Assembly: GCF_947568905.1 (NCBI RefSeq)
Contig: NC_079171.1
Location: 31,062,001-31,126,000, forward strand
Direction: 5' to 3'
DNA length: 64,000 nt
Source: Ostrea edulis
Lineage: Eukaryota
Part shown: piece by piece, positions 12,135 through 24,686 of the stretch
Layout: each line of letters begins with the position of its first letter
How positions within the stretch are numbered: position 1 is the stretch's first letter
Made by a program: the position numbers and the translations under genes
Notes under the pieces: model-generated
Database searches by the model: none
What the model was told of the DNA's origin: nothing
What the model saw: only the letters and a program-made list of their open reading frames with translations

Positions 12135-12195
12135 AGACAGTGTACATTACACATAGTAAAACTGTTAATTACATATTTAAGTAGAGTGCTATTAT

Positions 12196-12337
12196 CGGTC
12201 GACAGGGGATGCTTACTACTCCTAGGTACCTGATCCCACCTCTGGTGTGTCCAGGGGTCCGTGTTTGCCCAACTATCTATTTTGTATTGCTTATAGTAGT
12301 TATGAGATTGATCACCGTTCGTTATTTTTACCTTCTT
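12196..12337 (+). mobile_element. Retroposon tail copy (same family as 8110-8265) just downstream of the TRIM-like gene 1 stop
   Basis: CGGTCGACAGGGGATGCTTACTACTCCTAGGTACCTGATCCCACCTCTGG...TTATGAGATTGATCACCGTTCGTTAT. Confidence 0.75.
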
Positions 12338-12659
12338 ACAACAGTGTGTTAATTACAGCAGCTTGTTAAGTACAATCCTGTGTTCATCACAGTCTTGTGT
12401 TTGTGATGTGTAATTAACATGTGTTTATCTGGTTAACTGATTGAACATTATAGTCTCTCACTGTTGTTTAGTAATTATATCTTACAATATCTGTAGTATT
12501 ATATTTAGTGGAACATTATCAATCTTGACTAATTTGACTGCCTTGTTATAGTTATTTATCTATTCTATACACATGAAGTACAATGAATAACTTAAATATG
12601 TTTCCTAATATTTATGAATATTTTGTGTGCTAATGTTAATGTATATTTGTAAGACCCTA

Positions 12660-12845
12660 AAATGCGATAGTTGCTCCTTAGAAGTGCGATGGTCTGTGCC
12701 AAAGTGCGATGATCACACCAAAGTGCGATGGTCTGCGCTAACGTGCGATGGTTTGTTGACGATACGGACGCCAAAGTGGAATGGTCACACTAAAGTGCGG
12801 TGGTCCCTCTCTTTTATAGACACGATACGCCAACGTGCGATGGTG
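12660..12845. repeat. Degenerate ~19-bp minisatellite (AAAGTGCGATGGTC core)
   Basis: About eight imperfect copies of AAGTGCGATGG. Confidence 0.7.
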
Positions 12846-12973
12846 CATGGCTCAGTAACGTTTGTGACATCACATTATTATGACGTCATTCGTAACGTCT
12901 TTCAGAAGTAAATTGGAAAAGATATTTTGGTGTCCATTCAGTTTTGCAAAATCTATATCCCAAAATTCATTAT

Positions 12974-13250
12974 GTCGTGGTGGTCTAGAGGTTAGAGCGT
13001 TCGCCCACATATGCGGAAAGCCTGGGTTGGAATCCCGGCCGCGACAAACCTAAGACGTTAAAGCACATCGCCAAACGCTCGGCAGCAGGTGTGAATGCCA
13101 CGGGTCCTCGGGGACGCTACAGAACCTTTACTGTTGAATGGTCGTAAGCACCGAGCAACGCCCTGAATTTGAAACCATTCGCCGGTCTTGGTGACGTCTC
13201 CACATGAGTGAAAAATTCTCGAGAGGGACGTAAAACAAGATACAATCAAT
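12974..13250 (+). mobile_element. tRNA-derived SINE, related subfamily with internal deletion
   Basis: GTGGTCTAGAGG A box, GGTTGGAATCCC B box, shared tail ATGAGTGAAAAATTCTCGAGAGGGACGTAAAAC and (CAAT)n end. Confidence 0.7.
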
Positions 13251-15814
13251 CACTTCATAATGCCCATGTATGACTGTGATAATGAGCGGGAAATTTAAAA
13301 AAGAATCCTAAGTTAAATGGACATAACTCTATCAAAGTATTTTTTTTTTACAAAACCGTCCATATATTAACTCAAACCCCGCCTCATTTCGTGATTTATT
13401 TATATACCAATAATTAGGATCATGTCACAAGACAACTTTTAACATGAGGCACCGCCAGACAAAAGCAAGCCTTGCAGAGGCGGATCCAAATGTGATACAT
13501 ATCGTTACGTTATTTACGTCTGAAGTGTTCAAGATACACACATCTACTTATTCTTATCTGTATCCCAAATTTCATTTCCAAATGCCTATCTATTACTGAG
13601 ATAATAATCTGAAACTGAAAGTCCAAGGGGTATAACCCTATCAAATATTATTCAAGCATAACCAAATAAGATCTTATCTTGGATATCTGCATTATGTATC
13701 TACAATTTATAAACCAAATTTCAAAGGAAAATATATGTCAATAGCAGAGATAATAAACGGAAATAGAATTATGACAGAAGAACGGAATGACGGGAACGAT
13801 TCACAACGTAAGCTCCTTACATTTCATGGCCGGAAGACTGGATATTGTACATAGTTTTATCAACAAACCTGACATTTTCTACAGCAATAGAGCTATCAAA
13901 GTCCTGCAATGTGTAAACGTCCTAGGAAAGTATCCTCGTCAATCAGCCGGACATCTCAAAGAACTGCTTCCTGCAAAATTTATTCTCACATTAGGGATTA
14001 GCGAACCAAAAATGACCTCTTCACACCATTACGTTATGCTTTTAGAACACGCATGTCTACAAAAAATTGATACAATGATAAAGCATACATATATATCAAA
14101 CTGAGACCAAATCTCACTTTGTAAACATTCATAACACGTGTATTTGCATACATTAAGTGATAAACTTCATCCACAGAAATAATTTTCCATCCCCACACAC
14201 AACCTAGGTAGGAATGTTTGCGTTTCGATAAAATCTGCTCTTGAAAATGATTTGTTTCAACTAATTTCATGTATATCCCCATGTCAAAGTTTCATCTCCA
14301 GTCTACCTCTAGGTCCCCTGAATTGAACAAACTTGAGTTTGTGCACCTGAAGATACTTGCATATCAAAATGATTTTAAAGATGTTTTCCAATATTTCTCC
14401 ATATAAGACTTTAATCCCACATTGTGGTTCCAGCTCACTGTTGTTAGTCGTGATTTGAAAAACTTCAATCTTCACTAACTTGAACCTGATGATATATAAA
14501 TATTACTATAGGAGTATTCAAGGCCTTGTGGTTATTGACACCATTTTCAAAGATTTCCCCCCAGATATCACCGTGCCAAACTTTTAACTATCGTATATGA
14601 TTAAGATTATAAATGCTAGATTTTAAACTATACTGTCGGCCGATCTTATCATGATTTTCTTGCGGATTTAAAGACATCTGAAAGGGTGGGGGTATTAGCT
14701 ACTAGCTAGCTACAGTATATGTAGTTAGCATCAAATCAGCTGCTAAAAAAACTTGAATATTCTAAAATATATATGAAATTTCAAAAATATTTTTGCAGTG
14801 ATTCATTTTTTTTTACATTCACAAATAAATTACATATATTACTGAATATATCCTTTATATGCAATGTACAAGAGGGTAAATAGGATGGTACAAACGTCTA
14901 AGAAAGTACCCCCTTGTTCTATAACTGGGGGATTGTCCCTCTCAGGTGATTTTGATACGAACTAGAGAGGTTCATAGTACAACTGTATTATAAATTAAGG
15001 TTTAGAGACAACATTTTGAAGTAATTTGTTTTCCTTGGTTTTATTTAAAAGCGACAGAACGTGACAGTGAGATAGAAAATTTACAAAATCTCATGTTTCA
15101 TCTACGTGTACAACTCTACAATACATTTTACAGTTCTGAATCCTGAAAGCAATAAAAGACAGATTAGTTGTACATCTGTATCAATGTAATATTTTCTAAA
15201 TAGATTAAAGCAACATGTTTTCAAATCATTTTGAAATTCAAACAAATGCCTGTAATCTTTCATCTATGTTGTACATTGATGCAAAAATCTTACTGTCACA
15301 CAGTTTACATTCATCAGTATTTGTAAACGAGGGCTTTTCAAATTTATGTTTTGTCAAAGTTGAGTAAACATTTTTGTTTTCCTGTAGACATGTTTGGTTT
15401 CATTTTGTTGTTTGATAAAGGAAATTTTAGAAAATTCATTTTTTGATATCAATGTTTTCAAAAATGTTTTGTACTCGCACAGTCAATTCTTCGTTTTTTT
15501 TGTAAGACTATCATAAAGTTCGCAAGATTTTGATAACCCATTATCATCAACATTTGTTTAACATATAATATGCCACTTTTTATTCATTCATCAAAACATA
15601 TTGATTTGCCTTTCAAAAGGAAATTTATATTTGGTCATACTATTTGCAGGAAGAATGTTTCTGTAACATTGGATATTTGGTTTTTGTTGTTGTCTTAACA
15701 TAGGTTAAACAGGAAAACACTTGTTTTTAGAGTGCCGTAATCATCAATAAAAACTGTTGATATTTCAGACGCCTTAACTCAATACGTTGCAGAAGCTCTC
15801 TCTATTTTCTTTAA

Positions 15815-16132
15815 GGTAGTACTCTACATCGTCATTATGGCTGACTTCCTTTAAAAACATGGATGAAAAAATCGTTGTCAGCAATATTTGACTTTTCCTT
15901 TTCCATTGAAATACCTAGCCGAGTAGCTCAGTAGGTTAGAATAACGACTGCTGAACTGTAGGTCGCAGGTTCGAGTCCAGCAGGGGTTTTAAAAAAATTT
16001 CAGATTACCTTCTACTAAAACTGTATTTTTTGACAAAATAAAGTAAATTTGAAAATTTTCAACTTCAAAATATTGTTGTACATATCCTCCACTTTTCATC
16101 AACATCAAATTTCTCTGGTGTAGCATACCCCC
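15815..16132. mobile_element. TTAA-flanked (Kolobok-like) MITE containing a tRNA-like cassette
   Basis: TTAA|GGTAGTACTCTACATC ... GGTGTAGCATACCCCC|TTAA. Internal 15918-15986 has A box TAGCTCAGTAGG and B box GGTTCGAGTCC. Confidence 0.55.
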
Positions 16133-16429
16133 TTAATGACATGTTTACTTGTACGACATGTCAAAATTAATGTTAACAGTATCATAGTTTACGGTGTTCA
16201 AGTAAGATAAACAGCTAAGACCTTTAACATACTGGTAGGTAGTGAATTTTTCTTCTCCTATTTATACGATAGATTTTTTAATGAATAGAAACGGCATGGC
16301 CGTTTTGTTATGTCATCTAACATAGAATGTTGACATAGAAACCAAACATGAACAACGTCAAAACAAACTGTGCAAGTATTTAAACAACCAATAACACGTA
16401 GATAGTATACACAGGCTGACACGCCGCAC

Positions 16430-16494
16430 AGGTATTTAATTCTCAGGACTAGACGGAAGGTCGAAATAACAGGGAGGCCATGTTGGATTTTCAG
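16430..16494 (+). other. Probable non-coding 5' exon of TRIM-like gene 2
   Basis: Ends TTGGATTTTCAG|GTGAGA. A 243-nt intron runs to acceptor ttttattggcag at 16737, 30 nt before the ATG. Homologous to 3455-3521. Confidence 0.55.
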
Positions 16495-16767
16495 GTGAGA
16501 CAAAATTATATCCACATATCCTGACATTATAACTCCATTATTATCGATATTTTTGGTAATCAATCTCACTTTGATAACACTTTCCTATAATTATGAAGGG
16601 GAGATTTGATAAATCAAATGATGCACTTCGAATATGAAAATTAATGGTCATACGTTTTATATCATGCTGTAATTTCAGCTTATCAATCGTTTTAACCTAC
16701 CAAAATCTTTAATTAAGCTTTCCTTTTTTATTGGCAGTGAACATCTCGTGTTATCCCGACACTAGAA

Positions 16768-18177
16768 ATGCACCCACGGCGCAGTGCCCAGGAAATCCTA
16801 CTATGTGACCTCTGTGAAACTGTCCCCATACAGAGTCACTGTGAACTTTGTCATATTAACTTATGCAAGGCCTGTGTTGGGGAGCACCTCTCGGATTCGT
16901 CTGAAAGACACAAAGTTGTACCCTATAAACACAGAAAGTCTACTCCTATCTACCCGAAATGTCCTGATCATGCCGAAAAACGCTGTGAACTTCACTGCGA
17001 GGAATGTGATATTCCTGTCTGTTCTACCTGCGTTACCTCAGGTAAACACAAAGGTCACGAAATATCAGATGTTCTGGAAAAAATCAATTTAAAAACACAA
17101 AGTTTAAAAACAGATTTGGAAGAACTAGAGACCAGAATTTATCCTCGATATGACGAAATGGTTTCCGATGTCCAAATTGAGATAGCTGAGTTAAAAACGA
17201 ATTATGGAAAACTGACAACAGCTGCCGACCAACAAGGAGAAGTCTGGCACCGAGAGATCACCGCCATTGTAAACCAGCGGAAATCTGACATTCAGGAGAT
17301 GAAAAACAAACATTTGGCTGCGCTGAATAAAAACACAGAAGAAATCAAACGGAAAACATTTGAACTAAAACAGATCATTTCCGACTTGAAATCAATACTA
17401 GAATCAAATGACGTCTTCTTAACCTCTACTTACAAAGCCAGGAATTCCGAATTTAGAACATTACCTCCTAAAGTCCAAGCAACATTACCAAGTTTTTATG
17501 CTCAGAAAATAAACAAAGATCAGCTCAATGAAATGTTTGGCTCTCTGTCATCATTATCCATCAACAGAGAAAAACGCGGCTACACAATACCAAAATCATT
17601 GCTTGATGAACCTCGACTCACCGCAACTATAGACACTGGATATACACACCTATACAGTGTCAGCTGTCTGAGTGAAGAACAAGTCTGGACACGTGGGGAT
17701 AAAACAATCATGAAGCTTCTCGATCTCAAAGGTAAAATACTGAAATCAATCCAAACCGAGTTAGGATATATACCACAGGACATATCAGTGACACGAGATG
17801 GAAATCTTGTTTATACCGACACTGATGAAAACACTGTAAACCTAGTGAAGAATAAACAGATACAGACCGTGATAAGACTACAGGGATGGATGCCTTGCTT
17901 TATCTGCTGTACCTCATCTGATGATCTCCTGGTCACCATGATCAGTGATGATGAAACGCAATCCAAAGTTGTCCGTTACTCTGGCTCCACAGAGACACAA
18001 ACCATTCAATTTGATAATCAGGGTCAACCTCTCATAATGCAGATTCAAGTTTGTTCAAATCATGGGCTCCAGGGGTTGGATGGGGCCACAATAGGGGATC
18101 AAAGTTTTACATACAAATATATAGGAAAAATCTTCTTCTCAAGAACCACTGAGCCAGAAAAGCTGATTTTTACATGA
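16768..18177 (+). pseudogene. TRIM-like paralog 2 (B-box/B-box/CC/partial NHL), truncated, with a satellite-derived C-terminus; open for 469 aa
   Basis: Collinear with paralog 1 up to QFDNQGQPL (18033). The ORF then reads into repeat DNA (IMQIQVCSNHG...KLIFT*). The remaining NHL repeats are not found downstream. Confidence 0.8.
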
Positions 18178-18650
18178 AACCTTTTTGACATAGTGCAGAT
18201 TCAAGTTTGTTCAAATCATGGCCTCTGGGGTAGGATGAGGCCACAAGGGGGATCAAAGTTTTACATACAAATATATAGTTAAAATCTTTTTCTCAATAAC
18301 CACTGAGTCAGAAAAGCTGATATTTACAAGAAAACTTTCTGACATAGTGAAGATTCAAGTTTGTTCAAATCATGGCCCCTGGGGGGTAGGATGGGGCCAC
18401 AGGTGGGGGGGGGTCAAAGTTTTACATACAAATATAGGAAAAAGCTTTAAAAATCTTCTTCTCAAGAACCATTGGGCCAAAGAAGTTGACATTTACATGA
18501 AAGCTTTCTGACATAGTGTAGATTCAAGTTTGCAAAGGGTAGTTTGGGCCATAATAGGGACTAAGGTTTTACATGCAAATATATATGGAAAGTCTTCAGA
18601 TATGGGCCAAAGTGACTCAGGTGAGCGATGTGGCCAATGGGCCTCTTGTT
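18034..18650 (-). mobile_element. Non-autonomous Helitron/Helentron-like element with ~165-bp satellite array (about 3 units)
   Basis: Repeating GCAGATTCAAGTTTGTTCAAATCATGG...GGGCCACA...GATCAAAGTTTTACATACAAATAT...TCTCAAGAACCACTGAG. End ...GTGAGCGATGTGGCCAATGGGCCTCTTGTTT. Resembles the oyster Cg170/HindIII satellite-carrying elements (from memory). Confidence 0.75.
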
Positions 18651-18954
18651 TATATAATAATTTCGTTTTTTATTTAGTTTTCGTTTTTTATATAATAATT
18701 TCGTTTTTTCTATAGTAATTTCGTTTTTTATATAATAATTTCGTTTTTTATTTAGTTTTGGTTTGCACTAATGGGCTTCCGTAGTTTTCAGTGTAAATGA
18801 CAGATTAAATCTTGTTATCAGCAGCAATTATTTTTTCTATGCTAGATTTTGTTGTCTGCATGGTACCAGTTTTCACATATCAAAATTTGATTTTTGACCA
18901 TACGTTCCCTTTAATGAGAATAATTCATATCATATTACTGATCACTTGTTACAA

Positions 18955-19921
18955 TAAACAAACAGGCCCATGGGCCACATCGCTCACCCGAGTCCCCTTG
19001 GCCCTGTTGTTGTTCAGCTATGGGACATTTAAAAGATTTTTTTGCAATCTTCATTCCCATGTAAAATGTTGATCCATATTGTGGTTTAAACCTAGCTCCA
19101 TACTCACAACATGATACAAAGTCACATGGAACAAATCACTACATGCATATTACTATAAGTGTTCATAGCCCTGACATCATTTTCAAAGATTTTTCCTATA
19201 CATAACCATGCCAAACTTTTATCATCTATTGTTGCCCCACCCTACACTCGGAACCACAATTTGAAGAAACATGAAACTGTATTAACTGAGAATGTTTGCA
19301 TACATGTATCAACATGAACAATCATGAGCCTTAAAATTGAGAGGATTTTAAAAGAATTATCCTATATATCCCATGTTAAACTTTGATCTTCTATTGCGGA
19401 CCCATCCTACCCGCTCAGGTCATGATTTGAACAAACATCAATCTGCAATACTTTGGGATGATTGTATATCAATATGAATATCCATGGCATTGTTGTTCTT
19501 GAGAGTGTTTTTTAAAAATCTATCCTATATACCCCCATGAAAAACTGTTATCCCCTTTCGTGGTCCAATCCTACCCTCGTGGCTCATGATTTAACAATTG
19601 TAAATCTGCATTATGTCAGGAAACGGTCATGTAAATTTCAATTTCTCTGACACAGTGGTTTTTACGAAAAAAAATTTTGAATGAATCCAACCTTTTTTGA
19701 TAATTTCCCTTTGGAGGGAGTACGGATAAGTGGTTCTTAATTATGTTCACTTCGAAAGGGGCGTGTCTTTCATTTGAACAAGCTTGAATCCTCTTTACCC
19801 ATGTTCTGTCCCACGTTTGGCTTAAATCAATCCTGGAGAAGTCGGAAATGTTAAAAGTTCACGGATGGACACAGACAAAATGTGATAAGAAAAGCTCACT
19901 TGAGTATTTGTCTCAGGTGAG
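18955..19921 (+). mobile_element. Helitron/Helentron-like element with degenerate satellite units
   Basis: Starts AAACA..GGCCCATGGGCCACATCGCTCACC, ends AAGCTCACTTGAG...TCAGGTGAG. Confidence 0.65.
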
Positions 19922-19939
19922 GTAACACAGTCTCAGGGA

Positions 19940-20794
19940 ATATATAGCTGCTGCACGCAAAGCATCGAAGAAACTATCTCGTTTGAGACAATTAAAGGAG
20001 AAGTTTTAAACGGTCTCGTGTTTGCTCCATACCTTCCTGGAGGAACTAATTATACTAAGGTATATATGAAGTTTGTCGTCAGAAAAATACAGTAATACAT
20101 TGTTAAATCTTATGCTGGTCTGTTTATACAACTCTGTACCATATCACATGTTGTTCATGTCTTCATCACATGTTTGAATATACATAGTACATGCAGTTGT
20201 AAATGAATAATAATTTTGTAAGTTTGTTTCATGTTCAAATCTTTCTTTTTCAGAAAAAAGGGAAAAGAAGCCAAATCAAAAAGAAGATGAATCTCCATCA
20301 GATTCGGAATAATATGGGCTGAGTTTTCAAAAATACAAATTTTATCTGGTAAAAAAAACCTGTTGTTTATTCTATTTTATTACGGTTCAGGTTTTTAAGC
20401 ATATTCACAGTTTATATAAAACATTAGTGAAAGGGTTTGAAAACATTTATCAGAATTGTTTGAAGAATGTCGTATATAATCTCGTAAAACTGAATTTTAA
20501 ATACTCTCAAAATGTTTCCATAAATGTTCTCAAAACGTTCTTCTAAATGTTCTCAAATGGTTTCTTTGAAATGTTCTCAAAAACATTTCTTTTAAATGTT
20601 CTTAAAATGTTTCTTAGAAATATTTTGATAATGTTTCATGAAATGTTTTTAAAACATTCTGCTTAAATGTTATTTAGAAATGTTTTAAACATGTTTCTGA
20701 GATCATACAAAATCACTTGAATAAAACATTTTGTAAAATGTTTTTCCAACATTTGTTATAAAAATGTTTTTAAAATATTGCTGTGCTACCTGGG
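19940..20794. mobile_element. Right-end remnant of a second CACTA/EnSpm-like element
   Basis: Terminus ...GTGCTACCTGGG (rc CCCAGGTAGCAC) preceded by a dense AAATGTT/AACATT subterminal array (20430-20780). Two exon-like pieces (cag|GGAATATATAGC...ACTAAG|gt; tttcag|AAAAAAGGG...GAATAA) precede it. Confidence 0.5.
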
Positions 20795-22264
20795 ATAACA
20801 CTCAGATGTTGATATTTCTACAAAAGTATAGCATACTACATAGGAAAAAGTGTCACATATGATCCTCATATGAAGTGAGTTTCATATGAGGATCATATGC
20901 AAGTCATATGTGTATCATATGAAACTCACTTCATATGAGAATCATATGTGACAAACATATGATTCTCATATGTAGAAAATAATATGAATTTCATATGAAT
21001 TGATTTTCATATGATTATCACATGGTATAAATTTCATATGAAAATCACATGATTTTCTCATATAAAATAAATTAATGTGTACCATATATGAATTTTTAAA
21101 AAATAGTATGTCTTCTCTGACAGAGCAAAGTATACCGATAACGTAAATTCTCGCATATTTGAGGGTTTGAGAAAAAACACTGGTTGATTGCTCATTTTAT
21201 GAAAAATGTACAATATTGGTTTAAAATCTTAATGTTGGGAAGGACACAAGTTTTTGAATATCTGCTTTCTAAATCAAAAGTTAACAAGCAAAATTTTGTC
21301 AAGTTATTCAATATATTTTAAGAAATATGTAAAATTTTAACCTTATTTAATCCAGAAAAGGGATTGATCAAAAATGAGAATTGCAACAAATGATAATTGT
21401 TCTTTAAAAAAAAAAGTTTTTTTCTGAACAAAGACAACAGAAATCATTTACTTTTAAAATTTAATTTTAGTGATGAATCCATAAATTAAAACATGTACAG
21501 CAGGAATCCATGATACATTAAAACATGTACAGCATATTCTTTACATAATCACACCATACAGCACATTTTTTTATGTTGGCATAAAAAAAGATCCCCCACT
21601 GGTCAATGAACACAAGTGTGGAGTATAGGTTTAAATATTATTTGCAGCCTTTCAACAGGGGTGGTCACATCCCAAACATGAGTGAAAAATTCTCAAAGGG
21701 ATGTAAAACAAAAGCAAACAAACATGTATACCTATTTCAAAAAATTCTCAGAGCATCAAGGGGATTGCTTGTGCAAGTACACTAAAAATACATACAAAGA
21801 AGATTTATATCAAAAATGACTTTGCACAAGCTGATGGTTTAGAAAAATCAAAACTAGATGGACATTTTAGTGAATATACATTGACTAGAAACAATCTGTA
21901 TCCCCTGGATAACTTGTGTTTAATAAACTTTGTATGCTTGAGTTCAGTCTCCTCTTGTTCAATCCTGGCTGGGGTTTTTCCTTCTTTGATGCTGCAATGG
22001 CACTGGATACAGTGATGAACAAGTGGCATGTAGGAAAGAACATTTGTAATAGGAATAACATCCAAATCCTCAGAGAACTTTATCACAGGACAACCAAGAT
22101 GTGTTGGTCGCTGTATAACCCCCTTTTCAACAATTGCTAATGAACTTCTCCTAGCACCCTGAAGAAAGAGTAGACCACCTTTGAAGATTCCAACTTTAAA
22201 CTGAAAGTGAAGAATATTAAAACATTTTATAATATCATATCATGATCAATGGTAACATACAATG

Positions 22265-23105
22265 TATCGTTCGTACAGAATTGCAGTCATCAAATTTCAT
22301 TACTTTTTCATGACCTCAACCCATTTTCAATGACCTCAAAGACAGACAACAGACTGATGAATAAGACACAAATATGAGGTCTTTCTTACCACATGAAAAC
22401 GACTTAGCAGTTGGACATATCAGGAAATATAATTTGAAAAAGTTTCTTCACATTTTCATTTGATTTGTACGAATTATACATTGTTACTGTATGTATAGTC
22501 CACAAAATGTGATTTAATGATGCTGTTTCTGAATAAACTGCACTATGGGGATAGAACAATCTAAGTTTTCTCCTCTTTAATGTCATTTTTTAAGATAGTA
22601 CTCAAATCTCGTTGATCCACTTCTCTCTGAAGTTTTACGTGTTTCGTTGAACATCAATGTGAAGTCAGTGCCCCCACCCCCATGTTTCCCATATCCACCA
22701 CCTTCAAGCACGTTGTGCAGAACGCTCTATCTATTTCTCTTAACAGCCCTGACCTACTCAAAATTGTGCTCCCACTCAGAAGAATAAACACATTTCCAAG
22801 GCACGACTCATCAGACTGCATACCGGTATATGTGCCATTACCTGTAGCACACTTGTTCATTCGCACCTAAATGCTCACAGTAATGGAAATTACTTTGTGT
22901 CAAGCCCTTTTATGATACAGATTATAACCAACATGGTTTTAGTAGTTCCGGATTAGGCGAAACAATATCCATTTATTTTAAAGGAGGAAAAAGTGAAATC
23001 CCATGGCTTTCCATGACCTAGCTCTCTCAAAATTCCCTTACTTTCTCAAGACCTAAAACCAAATTTCATGAGTGAGTTCAAATTCCATGACCCGTACGAA
23101 CCATG
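22265..23105 (-). mobile_element. Internally deleted hAT-like element with a transposase N-terminal remnant, nested in an intron of the CACTA transposase
   Basis: Ends related to CAGGGTTCGTAC (rc CATGGTTCGTACGGGTCATGG at 23105; ..CGTTCGTACAG at 22268). Minus strand reads KCVYSSEWEHNF/AFCTTCLKVVDMGNMGVGALTSH*CSTKH and ILWTIHTV..YNSYKSNENVKKLFQIIFPD/KSFSCG. Confidence 0.6.
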
Positions 23106-23980
23106 TACATGCATTACACTATAAGGTTTAGTATCTTTGTTCCAAACTTGAAGTAATTCATTGGTAACCGTTATAATACACTCATGAGGAACATATATAT
23201 CAAATAGCAATTGGAAATTAAGAGAGTGATTTTAAAAAGAATGCACCTCATCCTCTCTACTCAAATACATGATGGACATACCCTCAGCAATACTTGATCC
23301 ATCTTTACATCTACACATTTGGTAGCTGATCATCTTCCCTTCCAAACAGGGGGATGGGATCCCTAGGTCAATAAGACCCTGCAATAGGAGGCATTGGTGT
23401 TGGAATGCTGACATATCTTGCAGCTTTGTTTTGTTGTTGGCTGTACGAAGTGGTCTCAAAAGCAAAGGCTTCTCACAGTCTTGTTTGATTTCTGATAGAT
23501 TTCCTATATTAATGTAAAGAAAATTATGGATGCAAAGCTTTCAGTTTTGCTAAAGCATTACCAGTACTTGATTGTTTCAGGCCAAATAAACCTTCTTAAA
23601 ACATATTGAAATAGTTTTTGCTGTCAGATATCTAGAACATGTACTATATTATTCTACAAGAATATTCATAACATTCATGCATGCAAATAAATGTGTACAC
23701 ACTTGCAGACATTCCAAAACATCTCTGGATGTGACATAGTCTTACTATGATATTTTGCTGAGGTTCATATAAATAATAATATAATTCTTTACATAAATTT
23801 TCAAAAAGTCTAATTTCTTATAAACTAATTTGGTATTTATATAGAGTTAAATTGACATACCAAAAAAGTTGCACATTTCCTTCCTAGTGGATAAATCCTG
23901 CACCTCCTTTGTACACTGCCTCCTACAACATTGCAATTTCAGTATGAAAACGTGCTTACATCAGAAGCATACCTCATTCA

Positions 23981-24245
23981 AAAACAAGAGGCCCATGGGC
24001 CACATCGTTCACCTGAGTCACCTTGGCCCATATCTGAAGACTTTCCATAGATATTTGCATGTAAAACCTTAGTCATTAATATGGACCCAACTACCCCTGG
24101 AGGCCACTAATTTTGCATACTTGAATCTACACTACGTCAGAGAGCTTTCATGTAAATGTCAACTTCTTTGGCCCAATGGTTCTTGAGAAGAAGATTTTTA
24201 AAGATTTTCCCTATATTTGTATGTAAAACTCTGACCCCCCCCCCC
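23981..24245 (+). mobile_element. Helitron/Helentron-like fragment abutting the disrupted transposase exon
   Basis: AAAAACAAGAGGCCCATGGGCCACATCGTTCACCTGAG..., near-exact reverse complement of 18440-18650. Confidence 0.75.
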
Positions 24246-24686
24246 CCCCAGATATGAATATTAATTATCAAAGTCGTTTACTATATATTTTCATCAAAAT
24301 GTCTATCAAAAATGAATGATCTTTCCTTGCAAGAATGTAGTACCATAATACTTTCTTTACAGATTAATTCATCTATATGCTACTCACAAATTTTTTCAAA
24401 TCCTTCCCTTGTCTGCTGTTCACATTCTTGGTAATGTTAAATTTCACTCGCTGATGGGCATCTAGAGCAGTTAAATGGCTTTCAAGTGATGTTGCCTGAG
24501 TATCAGTTAATGAATCAATGCAGACTTTAAAAAGATGTTTTGATGTTCCAAGATGAAAAAGATGAAGAAGTCCAGATGGTACATCTCTATCAAATAAAAA
24601 CAAGTAAATATGGTAATCACTCGGATTTAAAAAAAAAAAAGAAGAAATTCTCATTTAAGCCTTTGGTTCGGGTGAGCTAATATTAA

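Noticed and set aside
15918-15986. tRNA genes (also 6550, 12974, 25037, 40113, 56588)
   Set aside because: A/B boxes are present but there is no pairing acceptor stem or clean anticodon arm, and most continue into SINE bodies.
22654-22866. ORF VRMNKCATG... ending in an in-frame TGA, considered as a CACTA exon or a selenocysteine codon
   Set aside because: It lies inside a nested hAT-like remnant with other stops and frameshifts. The flanking CACTA exons (ending 23247, starting 22200) splice in phase without it.
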